Origin: the human T2T-CHM13v2.0 reference genome, Homo sapiens
Assembly (NCBI RefSeq): GCF_009914755.1
Contig: NC_060942.1
Direction: 5' to 3' (one strand)
Length of the DNA: 64,000 nt
Both the position numbers and the translations under genes were made by a program. The stretch's first letter is position 1, and every line of letters begins with the position of its first letter. Positions 1 through 14,475 of this stretch are shown here, one piece after another. The notes under the pieces were generated by a model that saw only the letters and a list, made by a program, of their open reading frames with translations, did not search any database and was not told where the DNA came from.

Positions 1-299
1 ATCACCATTTGTAACCTTAATTGATCATCACTGGATGAGTCCATTAGATGAAGAGTTATGAGGAAATTTTACAGTGGAGTAATCAGGCTGGCAGTCCCTG
101 TATCCACTATTCAATGTTAGCACCAATAATAATGGGATTTCTGTGTACTTCATATTACATCAATAAACGGTATTTCCTCAATACATTGTATTCCTCACAG
201 ACTTACTCAGTATACAGTACTAAGGAAATTTACATATTTTCCATATATTCCATATACAATATTAAGAAAATTTACATATTACATAGTATTGGGAAAATT

Positions 300-880
<581 letters not shown>

Positions 881-1245
881 AATATTGAATAGACAAAAAT
901 GGTTGAAAGGTAGATTCAGAGGAAGAGAAGATTGCTACACTTTAAGTTAACTAAGCATTTGTCACCTGATTTATATGGTATTTGTTCAGAAATCCCCATC
1001 TTTATTGTAGAAGACTCTCAAACAAAATATATTTTTCCTCATACGTGTCTATGCAAGGGAAGCATAAGGTATCTTGAAAAAAAATTAAAATAAACATAAA
1101 AAGTGTGGCATAGAGAGAGTCTAAGGACATGTTTAGCCATCTTAGCTTGTATTAACATTTAAACTTCCATCTCTGGAGGAGAAAGTTACCATTAAAAGGA
1201 AATTGGACACAAAACCTGGACTTCTGTCTCCCTCCCCTGAACCTA

Positions 1246-1629
<384 letters not shown>

Positions 1630-2961
1630 CTACCAGTGATATTATCCTGGTTTCAGACCCAATGTCTGTTGAAGGGGTGGAGGGCCACTTCTTTGCCTAC
1701 AAGGGGAAGAGGATCACATCAATGACTCAGGATTTCTTTAAACCCAAGAGCCATTATGGGTCCAAGGCAATCAGATAGTTTTTGGTTATCCAAAGTGGTG
1801 GTGGGGTGGGGTGTCAAGCTCTTTGGAGAGGCTGGCATCTGAACAACAATAGTAGCAACCAGTCACAAGGTTGGAGTGGTTTAGAGCTGTCCACGGTGCT
1901 GAACCCGCCTCTTTCAGATTTTGACCGTGAGGAGATGGAAGGAATTGGCTGATTGGAGTCACGTTTTTGCATAGTAGAAAAATGCATCAGGAAAACTAAG
2001 AAAGTCTGGATATGTGTGCAATTAGTGTCTTGAGGGTGGGGGCAGCTGGCATTGGAGGACTTAGTCATGAGTCTGAGTTTCATGGCCAGGACTCAACTTT
2101 TTAAAAAACCACTAAGGCACAAGGAACACTGATTCTGGGGAAAACTGAGTTCCCTATAACTGAAGCATAAAAAGACAGGGAAGGGTCTGAAAGAGAAGTA
2201 TAAGTATAATTAAATTTTATAAAAATATATTAAGTCCTTATTATATTATAGGCAATGTGATAGGCATTAGGGAAAGAACATGAACAAGATAATGGTACCT
2301 GTGGAGCTAATGCTCAAGTAAAAGAGACAGAATACACATGTAGTTACAAATATGTCGACTGTTCTGGGAGTGGGCTCAAGCAAGGTAGTGCAATAGGAAG
2401 AACTTTCAGTGAGGAAGTGAGAACATAAGAGAGCTTCTAAACCACAGACAGGCAGATATAATCATGGCAGGATGCACAGTGGGAGTTAGGTCACAAGGCA
2501 GAGGTCACAAGGCCGAGGTCTCAGTGGCTGGAATTAAATGACAATTGCAGAGTGGGATCACAAACTAATCTACAATGCCTTTCAGTTCTAGGTTTCCCCT
2601 CTTTTTCATGCCTAGGGGAATAATTGGTTTCTGTGCCCCAAGTTATTATCAAACTAATTTCAGGGCTGTGGAGACCCCAGTTGTAAAAGTTAGGAGCAAG
2701 GCCTTTGCTAAACAGATCACTACTTGACACCAACTTTAGTGTTAGGACTCTGGGCCACCCAGCCTTGCTATGCCTTAAGCTCCTGCAGTTAAACCCTGCT
2801 GACTCTAGGCTCTCAGATGGGACTGCACTCTGATATGGTGAGATTAATCTTGGTCCAGTGGCCTTGAATATTTTCCACCCAGTAGCAAATCCTGAGGCAG
2901 ACTGTTTATATTGAGACCCTAGGGAAGTCTTTACTGTTCCCCAGAAGGTTCTTCCCTACTA

Positions 2962-3424
2962 TATTATTTTCCTAGGCCATCAGAAAAATTACCACAAACT
3001 TGGTGGCTCAAATAACAGAAATTTATTCTTTTGGAGTTCTGGAGCCCAGAAGTCTGCAGTCAAGGTGTCAGAAGGTCAATTCTGTCTCTGAATGCTCTAG
3101 AGAAGAATCCTTCCTTGTGTCTTCCTAGCTTTGGTGGCTTCCAGCAATCCTTGGTGTTCCTCAGCTTGTCACTGCTATCTCCAGCTCCAATCTCTACCTC
3201 CATCTTCACATGCTCTTGTTTCAGCATCTTTCCATGTTCTCTCATCTTTTTATAAAGACACAAGTCGTCATTGATTTAGGGCCCATTCTAAATCCATGGT
3301 GATCTCATCTCAAGATTCTTAACTAAGTCTAACTGCAAAGATCATATTTCCAAATATTATCACATTCTGAGGTTCTTGGTGAAGAAGAATTTGGTGGGTG
3401 GGGAACACTATTTCACCCATGACA
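2962..3424 (-). mobile_element. MLT1 (MLT1C-like) MaLR LTR
   Basis: aattaccacaaacttggtggctcaaataacagaaatttattc...ttagggcccattctaaatcc...atcacattctgagg motifs. Confidence 0.8.
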
Positions 3425-3589
3425 CCTACCCTTGGATAATTACAAATGCTTTAACAAGTGTGTCTGATATAATTGTTGCATCTAGAAACCCCTCAGTCAC
3501 CTACAGGGGAGAAAGATATATCTGTGGAAGTCTAGAAAAGGATAGAATTCTGGACCCGTCTATTTAGGATCCAGAAGCTGCTACAAGCT

Positions 3590-3900
3590 GATGTTCAACA
3601 TTAATTTACTTATTCATATAATTGTTAAATACCTACTAAGTGCCAGGCATTAGGCATATAAATGTGAATCAAAATTTCCAGTCTTGAGAGACTCAAAAGT
3701 CTGCCAATTATGACTGGCAAGACAATTACAGTTCAGTGTTGTGAGTGCTAGATATAGAGGTATGAGCAGAGAAGTTTAGGAGCACAGAGTAGGGAGCATC
3801 TAACTTCATTTGGGATAATCAGGGAGCTTCATGGAGAAGGTGATATTAATCTGGATTTTGAAGGATGCATAATAATTTAGCAGGGGAAGGGAATGGCAGG
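3590..3900 (-). mobile_element. L2 3' fragment
   Basis: tattcat...aatacctactaagtgccaggca...ggagaaggtgatatt...tttgaaggatg; approximate. Confidence 0.55.
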
Positions 3901-4310
3901 TGCAAAGTTATCTCTTGGGTATCTATGAATGTCTGTTAGCTTGGGCAAAAGATGTAAGTTACTTCATGCAAGGTGAAATTTAAATAAGGGCTGAAATGAA
4001 AGTTTAGAGATCTAGGAAAAAAGAAGAGAGAGAATAACAAAGCAAACCTTTTGAATGAAAATAGCTAATCTTAGACCCTAGTTTCTGAAAACTTGAATGT
4101 ACCATGCCATTCTTTGGATGTGTCAGAATAGTCAGGAATAAAGACAATTCCACATTACAAAAAGGACCAGAGAGCAGAGAGAGTGAGGCTAGGTGAAAAA
4201 GATTTCCTGACTTTGTGTGTGGTGTGTGTTTGTGTGTGTGTGGCAGGGGGAGGAAGCAATGAGGAGCATTTTTGTCTAACAAACATAAATCCACAAATTA
4301 CACAAAGCTG

Positions 4311-4538
4311 TTCATCTCCCCTTCCTTTCTCCCTATTACATACAGTGGCTTAAATATTTGGCTGTACAACGACATTTTTAAGCAAGGGATTCTAGAAATT
4401 TGCTAGGGAGAAATAAACATTTTAAATATTTTGAATTTCTTTGCTGTTTGGAAACAAATGAGGCCTCATGTTTCCTCTATTAAATTTATGTCCGGGAAAC
4501 TATGGAGTAGGGAATTGACACACCACATCTTGGGATTT
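4311..4538 (+). repeat. 228-bp dispersed direct repeat, copy 1
   Basis: Ungapped alignment to 6530-6757 with 13 mismatches (manual count). Confidence 0.95.
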
Positions 4539-4779
4539 CATGGCCAGTGAACAATCTTCAGCATTACAGAGTTTCCCAGATGTAAATTTCCTCCCCAAGC
4601 ACATCCCACTTTGGAAGTACAAAAGATGGAGGTAATTCCTTCCCCTTCTCTTTTCTTCTTCCCCCTCCTCTTCCTTCTTTTCCATTATCTCACCTCAAAT
4701 GTTGAAATTCTTGGGAATCTGCTCTACACCGCCCTTGCTATCCTCAAGCTGCACTTTCTCCATAGACTCTGTTATTCAC

Positions 4780-5680
4780 TCTTTATTGATGACTTTACTA
4801 CTCTCTCTGCACTAACAACTTTTAGTTTACTATCTCAGATCAATCTTCCAACTAGTTTTCCTCCTGAGGTCCAGACCCCACTGTTACTGGACATCACAGA
4901 TGTCACTCAGGCCTTCAAATTAAACTCATCAAGATGAAGAAAGTTCTCCAGCATCCTCACCATTCTTGTTCAGGTCTTCTCAGGCAAACCTTTAACAAGT
5001 CCTTTGCCTTAAATATTTCTCAAATCGGTCTGCTTTTTCTCCATTCCCACTGCCATCATCGTGCTGCAAGACATTCTCCCACCAATTTCTTAATCATCTT
5101 TTGAAGTTTATTTTCTTCTCCATGTAACCTACCTCCCACAGACACTACAATGATCTTCTCTGAGTGATTCCCGTTCTTGAGACGCTTTGATGGCTTCTCA
5201 GTACACTCAGGATAAAAACCCAATCCTTGACATGGCTTACAATATTATGCATGGCCTGGTTCCTATCTATATTGTAGCTTCCACCCCTATTCCCTATTTT
5301 GTAGTCATTCTGGATTTTTCTTTAATTTTGGGAACATATCAAGATTTTTTCCTGTTTTAGGGCTTTTATATTTGCTATTCACTCTACCTCACATGTGTTC
5401 CTTCATTTTAAGCGAACACCACACTTCATCTAATAGCTACTCTTATTCATTCCTGAGGTTTCAGCTTAAATATCCCTTCTTCAGGAGGGTTTTCTCTGAG
5501 TCCTCGGACTAGCATCCTGTGGACCTCCATTTTAGACACACATCATTATTTAAATTAATTACTTGTTTAATACATGTAGTTTTTGCTAGAAGGGCATCCA
5601 GATGACAGGAATCTTGTCTGCTGCTCCCTACTCTGTCCCTAGCACTGAACACAATGCCTAACAGTAAGTACTCAATGGAT
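4780..5680 (+). mobile_element. Degraded L2 fragment(s)
   Basis: ctcaggataaaaacccaatccttgacatggcttaca...tcagcttaaatatcccttcttcagg...acaatgcctaacagtaagtactcaat; approximate. Confidence 0.55.
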
Positions 5681-5683
5681 ATA

Positions 5684-6339
5684 TAGTTGATCTTCGTTAT
5701 TCACATGTTCAATCTTTGTGGATTTGGCTATTTGCTAAAATTTATTTGTAACCCTAAATTAATACTCATGTGGTCATTTGTGGACATATGCAGAGTGGCA
5801 AAAAATTTTAGTTGCCAAATGCCATGCACGTTCTCAGATGAGGCTGAACAAGGCAACACTGCCTTCTTGTTTCATCTCTCATGCCATAAACAATTGTCCT
5901 TTTCATGGTCTATTTAGTGCCATGTTTTCACATTTTTGTGCTATTTGTTAGTGAGTTCATTGTTTTAAAATGGCCCCCAAACATAGTGGTTGGTCCTCAA
6001 GCTGAAGTGCTATTTAGTGTTTCTAAATGCAAGAAGGCTGTAACGTGCCTTCCAGAGATGATACATGTTAGATAAGCTTCACTCAGGCATGACTTATAGG
6101 GCTGTTGGTCATGAGTTAAATGTTAATGAACAAACAGTAAATACTAAGTAAGATGTCTTTAAACAGAAACACACATAAAACAAGGTTATCTATTGATCAG
6201 TTGGTGAAAATGTTGTAACCAGAGGCTCACAGGAACCTAACCCTGTGCTTCCCTTAGGAGCAATGGTTCAGTGTTTGCGAATTCAGAGTTCACAGCAACA
6301 TTATAGGGCATAACTACCGTGAATAGTGAGAGCCAGCTG
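5684..6339 (+). mobile_element. Tigger4 (Zombi/MER46-type) TcMar DNA transposon
   Basis: Degenerate TIRs tagttgatcttcgttattcac / gtgaatagtgagagccagctg flanked by TA; internal sequence resembles recalled Tigger4. Confidence 0.75.
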
Positions 6340-6529
6340 TAATTGATTTGTTAACAGAAATAAACATTAAAACTGAGGGGATTGTTAGGCCTGCAAAGGA
6401 CCTGGACTGCTCATTTTGTCTCTGAAGAGGACACATCAGGTAGGAGGATGAAAACAAGAAAGGGGGAAACTTGCATGTCACTAAAGACAATCATTATTCC
6501 TGACTCCTGAAATGTGATTACATGACTTT

Positions 6530-6757
6530 TTCATCTCCCCTTTCTTTCTCCCTGTTACATACAGTGGCTTAAATATTTGGCTGTATAAGGACATTTTTAA
6601 GCAAGGGATTCTAGAAATTTGCTAGAGAGAAATAAACATTTTAAATATTTTGAATTGCTTTGCTATTGAGAAGCAAATGAGGCCTCATGTTTCTTCTATT
6701 AAATTTATGTCCAGGAAACTATGGAGTAGGGAATTGACATACCACATCTTGGGATTT
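6530..6757 (+). repeat. 228-bp dispersed direct repeat, copy 2
   Basis: About 94% identical to 4311-4538, offset 2219 bp. Confidence 0.95.
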
Positions 6758-8657
6758 TACTTTTTGAATCTTCTTCTCAAATATATGAGCCTTTACTTTC
6801 CTAGATGGTTTGGAAGGAAGGGTACAGTATGGAGGCAGGAATGGCTGAAAGGACTCTGGAAGGTTCATCCCGAGAAACAGGCTGAGACAGAAGGTATGGG
6901 AGCAACAGGGGAAGCCATCCAGGGAAGAAAGGGGTTAATTAGGTGGAGTTCAGATTTGGATAAGATGGAGTTGCAGGCAGGAAGCAGAGATGAGCTCTGA
7001 TCTTGGATCCGCAACTCTCTACCTTTTATTGATGTGAATTGGGGTTGGAATGCATAGTAATCTGGACCATCTTGTCAAGCATCTGGATGTTTGTAGCAGG
7101 CCAGGTTGAAAATAGGCACCAAGGAAAGAACCTGGATCAGCCTGTGGAGTCCAGAGTTGAGAGAAGCCAGAGAAGGAGTCAGAACCACGGACAGCTCCTC
7201 TTGCCCCTGCCCCTGCCCCAAGACTGCTGAGTGATTTCTACAGAGTATGGTCCTTAACACAGCATCCTCAGTCTTTCTGGCTATATTCTCCACTCTCACC
7301 CCTCATGAATAAAACACTCATATTGTAAATGGCTCTGGCATGGAAAAGTTGGGTCATCATAGTCTACATGAAATTCTCCCCTCTCCAGTTTTCTGGGCTG
7401 ACTGGGAAGAGGTTAGGGAACCCCGTGCTTCTGGTCTCATAGTGAGTCTTAGAGGAAGGGCTCAGGCTGCTGGGGATACCACTTCTTCCTTCCCAGGGTT
7501 CTAATTCCTTTGGGTCTCTGCTATTTCTGAGATAGAGGCTATGGCAGAACAGGATTAAAAGACCTGGTATTTCTCAGCTCTCTGGGGGGAGTCTCAATTA
7601 AACTAACATTTATTAAGCCCTCACTATGCTCCAGGTACTGTTATAAGCAGTTTTGAAGATAAAGATGAATAAGGCATGATTCCTATCCTCAAAGGCAGTG
7701 ACATCTTGCCAGTGTGTGCTGGTAGCCAGACAGAGAGTTGGAAGCCCACAGACATAATGTACTTCTTTCTGATTAAGGCAGGGACATAGTTCTTGGGAAC
7801 ATATTTCCTAAACAACGGTTTAGGCACTTTAACAGGAGAGACTGTAGACAAGCTCTCCTGTTAGGGTTAGGGTAGACAGACCTTGTCCTTACCTTCCCCA
7901 CACCCATGCCTGCCACCCTTACTAATCTGATCTGTCAAATCCCTCTAATTAGGCCTGTGGAGATACACAGAATGTGGCTCAATGCTTTCACACTTGTCTT
8001 GACTACGTGATCACTGTTGAGTGTCATGGGAAGATCTCATCCTGATTTTGTGAAGTGTCTGGGGCAGAAGATGGTCCTAATGATTATGGCTACTGTTATT
8101 CAACCAGACTTGGGAAACTGCTGCTAATCCTAAGACAATCAGAATGGATGATGAGATGGAGGGAAAGAAAACTCAGGAGTTTTTGTTTTGTTTTCATCTT
8201 AGGAAAGAGGAGAGGTGCATTAAGGATATTTGAGCATGATTTGCGAGTATGTTTCTTTCCACAGACTCATAATGCCACTTGAATGATCAAGTGAGGAAGA
8301 AGAGTTCCCTTCCACTGCATGCTTTTCTGGACAAGACTAACCCGGATACACCCTGATATTGGGGGGTGTAGCAAACAGAGATAAAGAGGCTGCCTCTCAT
8401 CACCTCATCTTCTTGACCACCTGACACAGTGGCTGGTGAGGGTGCAGAATGGTGGCTGGCAAGATGGGCCGGCACACAGAACGGTGTGTTAGAACAGGCA
8501 TCAGAAGACCTGGGTTTGGGTGATGGCTGGTTTGGGTGTCCCTTCCTTGCTGTGTGGTTCTGAGTAAGACATTCAAACCTCACTAGACTCAATATTACTT
8601 GGTTGTAAAAAGAGGAGCAATAAAGTGCTTTTGCTGCAGTAATTCACAAAGGTTTCT

Positions 8658-8967
8658 ATTTGTTTGTTTTTGACTGTTTTGTTTTGTTTTTTTTTGAGAC
8701 AGAGTCTCACTGTTACCCAGGCTGGAGTGCAGTGATGCAATCACAGCTCACTGCAGCCTTGACCTCAAGTGATCCTCTCATCTCAGCCTCCTCAGTAGCT
8801 GGGACTACAGGCATAAGCCACCACACTTGGCTAATGTTTGCATTTTTGGTAGAGATGGAGTTTCGCCATGTTGCCCAGGCTAGTCTCAAATTCCTGGGCT
8901 CAAGTGATCTGCCTACCTCAGCCTCCCAAAGTGCTGGGATTACAGCTGTGAGCCACAGCCCCTGGCC
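8658..8967 (-). mobile_element. AluJ-like
   Basis: Poly-T followed by reverse Alu dimer with J-type features; short TSD tcacaaag. Confidence 0.92.
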
Positions 8968-9746
8968 TCACAAAGTATTTTTGAGAATCAAATGTTTGTA
9001 TCTTTAATACCTAACAGAGTCCCAGGCATGTCATGAATACTTTAGATGTTCCGTATACAAATGACTGGTGGGATACACTGAAATTTGAAAACTGTGGAGT
9101 GCTGTGTAAATATTTGTTATTTTATTGCCTTAAAGGCTATTTTATCAATGCCTAGTCTGAGTTTATTCTGTGTTATGGAAAAAATTTTAACTGTTTAATC
9201 CACGTTAAAGCAAAATAGCTTAGCTCCTATGGAAGAGAGGTTGCAAACTACCGAGTTGGGTTTCGTCAGTGACCGTGACAGATAGGCTAGTCCTCCGCAG
9301 GGGTTTGGAAGAAGTGAGGAACAACACAACATTCAGGACAGCTCTGGGCAGCCATTTGGGAGACCCAGCAAAGGCTAGAGAAGGCTTTGAGCAGATAGCT
9401 TTGCAGAGACATGTTTCTACAGAAGACAAAAGGGTGAATGAAGAAAGCGGTATGCATCAAGGAGGTGGAATTTAATATTTAACAACTCTATCCTAATTAT
9501 AACAAATAGAACTTATAGGCCCAAAGCCAGAGAAAATAAAGTGGCTTAAAGACAGCAAAATGATAACCAAAGAAATGTTGAGAACATGAACGTCATCACA
9601 GTTATAGAAATGACAAAGCATTCCTTAGGCACTGCAAAGTTAAAAATATATTTCTCACTTGGTTTATATCCTATTTCATAGTTTATATTTATAAGTGAAT
9701 TCAACAACTTTAGGATTACTATTATGAATAAACAAGCATAATCCCT

Positions 9747-10043
9747 TCTTTTTTTTTTTTTGAGACAGGTTCTCACTCTGTCATCCAGGCTGGAATGCAG
9801 TGGCACAATCATAGCTCACTGCAGCCATGACCTCCTGGGCTCAGGCAATCCTCCCATCTCAGCCTCCAAGTAGATGGGACCACGGGTGCATGCCACCATG
9901 CCCAGCTATTCTTTTTTATTATTTGTAGAGATGGGATCTCACAATGTTGTTTAGGCTGGTCTTGAACTCCTGGGGCTCAAGCAATCCTCTCACCTTGGCC
10001 TCCCAAAGTTCTGGGATTACAGGCATGAGCCACTGCACCCGGC
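9747..10043 (-). mobile_element. AluJ-like
   Basis: Poly-T followed by reverse Alu dimer; TSD-like cataatcc on both flanks. Confidence 0.92.
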
Positions 10044-10346
10044 ACAAACATAATCCTTTATAGAAAATCCATGGGAAATGAACTGGTGATTTAGCTTTTT
10101 TTCTTAATTTTTAAAGCCTGAACTAAGTCAAATTAATGCTCTGAAATCACAAACAATGGAGAACCACTAATCACCCAGGGAGAAAGCAGGAGGAACTAAG
10201 CTTCCTCTCTAAAAATATTTGCCCAGAAACACTGGCTCTTTCATACTGATGGAAGCATCAATGTGGTGGTCATCAACTGTGTTCAGTTTTCTGCCACCCT
10301 GGGGTAATCAGAGTCAATGTGCTGCCAGGGAGGGAATAATGGCTCA

Positions 10347-10667
<321 letters not shown>

Positions 10668-11986
10668 TCAGAGGAGTCAGGGGTACAGGTGGACAGAGTA
10701 CAGACTCAAGAAGGCCAGGGGTGAGGTTGGAAAGGGTCAATTACTGTCCCAGGTCTCCAATTCTCTTCTTCATCTTATCTTTGTGCCTTACAAAAGCTTT
10801 TGGTCTAACTGGAGTCATGGTCAGCAAGTGTGAATGGTTTAGTACAAAACTCATCTATTTCTGGGGAAATATACCCAAACTTAAAAGGCGTGTCATATAG
10901 GCTGGCTTTACAGTTTAGAAACATAGGCTACCTCCTGCACAGTGTGGGTTCAGAAGGAAGCAGGGAAGTTCTGTGTTCCCTAAATCTGTCTCTGATTGAC
11001 ATTCTACACTAGAGCTTCATATCATTTGCTTAAGCCAAATACAGGTATTGGCCCAAGTCAAAAGCAAATGCTTCTGGAAGGGGTGACCCAGTGAAGCTTT
11101 TCTGACACACATCTGTGGTTATCAATGAATTTATTATTTTCTGAGTGCATCATAAAGGGATGGAGGGGTCTGAAAACATATGACACTTGGAACTTTAAGC
11201 AATAGGGGTAAAAGTTCCATTGTGAGAATAGGAAGAAAGGAGGTACCCCCAACAAAATTTACTAGCTTTATTGACCTATCATTTATGCCTGAGATCCTAC
11301 TATGAGAGCTTCATTTATCTGGCAAGAGGCTTCTCTGTTGAAAATGTAAGCTACCATGGCCAACAAGTTAATCCTTCATTCACCATTTATAATTAATGTG
11401 ATGAGCTTGCCAGATTCCTTGTAATGGCTCCTGGAGAGCAGGCTTGGGATAGGGGAGTGTAGGTAGGAGGTACTGCCCCCATGCCTGGATGACAGTGTGT
11501 TCCCTCTCAGCTCCTGGCCTTTAACATGCTAATACTTTTGATTAGAAGATCCTTCCTCTGGGTGCCCTGTCTGCCTGGCTTCTGGATTTGTCTTTCTGGA
11601 CTTGACTTTGGCATTGCATCCATCGGAGCGTCACCGCACTGCACTGTGGTTGCTCCAATGAAGGTCAGACCTGCAAGGTTTGGGCAGCACATCTGTATCC
11701 TAAGACCCACAGCCAAAGCCGGCACATGGTAGATGGCCACCAAGCACATGGGTCCGAGCATGCCTGAGGTGCATGACACTTGGGCGAGGGGTGCCAGGCA
11801 GCAGAAGGAAGATGGGAAGGCTCTGCATCAAGTGCCTGTACCATTTCCAAAAGTGCTGACCATACTCCCCAGTAATGTTCTCCCCTATTTCCCCAAGGGA
11901 GGAGGGAGGGAACCAGTCACTCCCTGGGAGGAGATGCTTTGTCCAGACAGAAAGCGACACACTGTGGAGAAAACTTGGATTGACTA

Positions 11987-12481
<495 letters not shown>

Positions 12482-12807
12482 TTACGAGGACTGCCCTAGC
12501 TTGGGATTTGGGAATGGGCAATTCACCTAAAGCTGTGTCCTCAGAGGTGCCTGTCACTGTGCACAAGAGATATTTGCTGAAAGAGTGACAGAAAAATGGA
12601 CCAACCGAGCCCCTGTCAGCCACAAACACCTGGGAGCAGAACGCTGACATTTGCAGGTTAGTCCTTGGTGTGGGCACCATATTATTGACTCAAGAAAGTC
12701 TGCTAATGGCTGAACAGGGGAGGAGGAGCCTGAGGCGATGCAGGACAGCTGGCCTCTGGTAGACGAGGTTGCATGGGCTGACTCAGGTAGGGGACTGCAG
12801 GGCTTTG

Positions 12808-13205
12808 TGTTATGGGTGGAACTGTATTCCCCCAGAATTCATATGTTGAATTCTTAACCCACAGTCCCTCAGAATGTGACCTTATTAGAAAGGGGATTGT
12901 TATAGGTGTAATCAGTTCAGATGAGGTCATTAGAGTGGGCCCTAGTCCAATCTTATACCACCCAGACATGCACCCAGAACGCCATGTGAAGACTGGCATG
13001 ATGCTGCCCCGAGCCAGGGAACTGCCAGAAGCCAGAAGAGTGGCCCAGAACAGATGTTTCTCTAGAGCCTTCAGAGGGAGTGTGGCCCTGCCGACACCTT
13101 CACCTTGGACTTCTGCCTCTATGACAGTGAGGGAGTAATAAATGTGTGTTGTTCTAAGCCTCTAGTCCATGGTGCTTTGTTATGCTGCCTGAGACTATAA
13201 CATAC
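12808..13205 (+). mobile_element. MLT1 (MLT1B-like) MaLR LTR
   Basis: tgttatggg...cagaatgtgaccttatt...ggccctgccgacacctt...aataaatgtgtgttgttctaagcc. Confidence 0.85.
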
Positions 13206-14157
13206 ATTATGTAAGGAGGACTGGCACAACACACAAGTTCGCATGCCTAGGACCTCGTGTGACACGGAGGCTGCAGGAAGATCATCTTTGTCGGCATAGT
13301 CATTGCCTTTATGAGTCTGGTGCTGCAGATGAGGCTCCTCCTGGCTGCCAGGGGTCTCCAGCTTTGGAGCCACTCTTAGCATGGAAAGCCCTTGGACTCC
13401 TAACATCACAGTGGTTCTCATCAAAATGAGTGCAGCTTGGCCCTATGCCGTGGACGCTCTTCTCTCTGCCCTGGAGCAGCAAGTGTTAATGACTCTCCTC
13501 TGGGCAGCCTGAAGGCACAGAGCCGCACAGCTGGGGAAGGTGAGGAAGTGATGAGAGGTCCTGAGAAGGAGCAGCTGCCTTCCTTTCTTGGTGGAAACTG
13601 AGTCTGTGGCCATGTGCATGTATGTGTGTGCATATGTGCCCATGCATATGTATGCTGGGAAAAGCGGGAGGATGGAGGCAGAACTAAGAAATCCCACGCT
13701 GCTGTTGCTCCTTGAAGATCCCAGCATCCCATCCCCAAGGCTGGCTTCAGCCCAACTGAGAGCTTAAGGATCCAGGTTCCTCAGGCAGGGTGCTGACGGC
13801 CAAGCTCAGACTCAGAGGCCCACAATGGAAAAAGAAGCAGCTGCCTAACTCCGTGATCACAGAGGCCCCAGTAAGCTTTCTGCCATCCTGCCTGAAGTTC
13901 CCACCATGGCAGCCTCTCTCTGCCCCAGGCCTTGCTCCTCCTCTCTCAACCCTCCCAGCTGCTGTCCTGAAGGAAGCCCACACCACCCCTCCCCTTTCTC
14001 AGGTCTCTGTCCACGTAACGTTGACAGCTCTTGTTTAATTACCTGACAGTTGCTTCAGTTCTCACTGGACACAAATAAATAAAACGACATTCTCTGATTA
14101 ATTCATGCCAAAGGGCATACTGGATCATATGGGCTGGGTTCATGTAATGATCCTCTA

Positions 14158-14475
<318 letters not shown>

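Noticed and set aside
4311-6757. LTR retroelement bounded by two LTRs
   Set aside because: Repeats lack TG...CA ends, PBS/PPT and a flanking TSD; the interior is L2 and Tigger relics with no gag/pol
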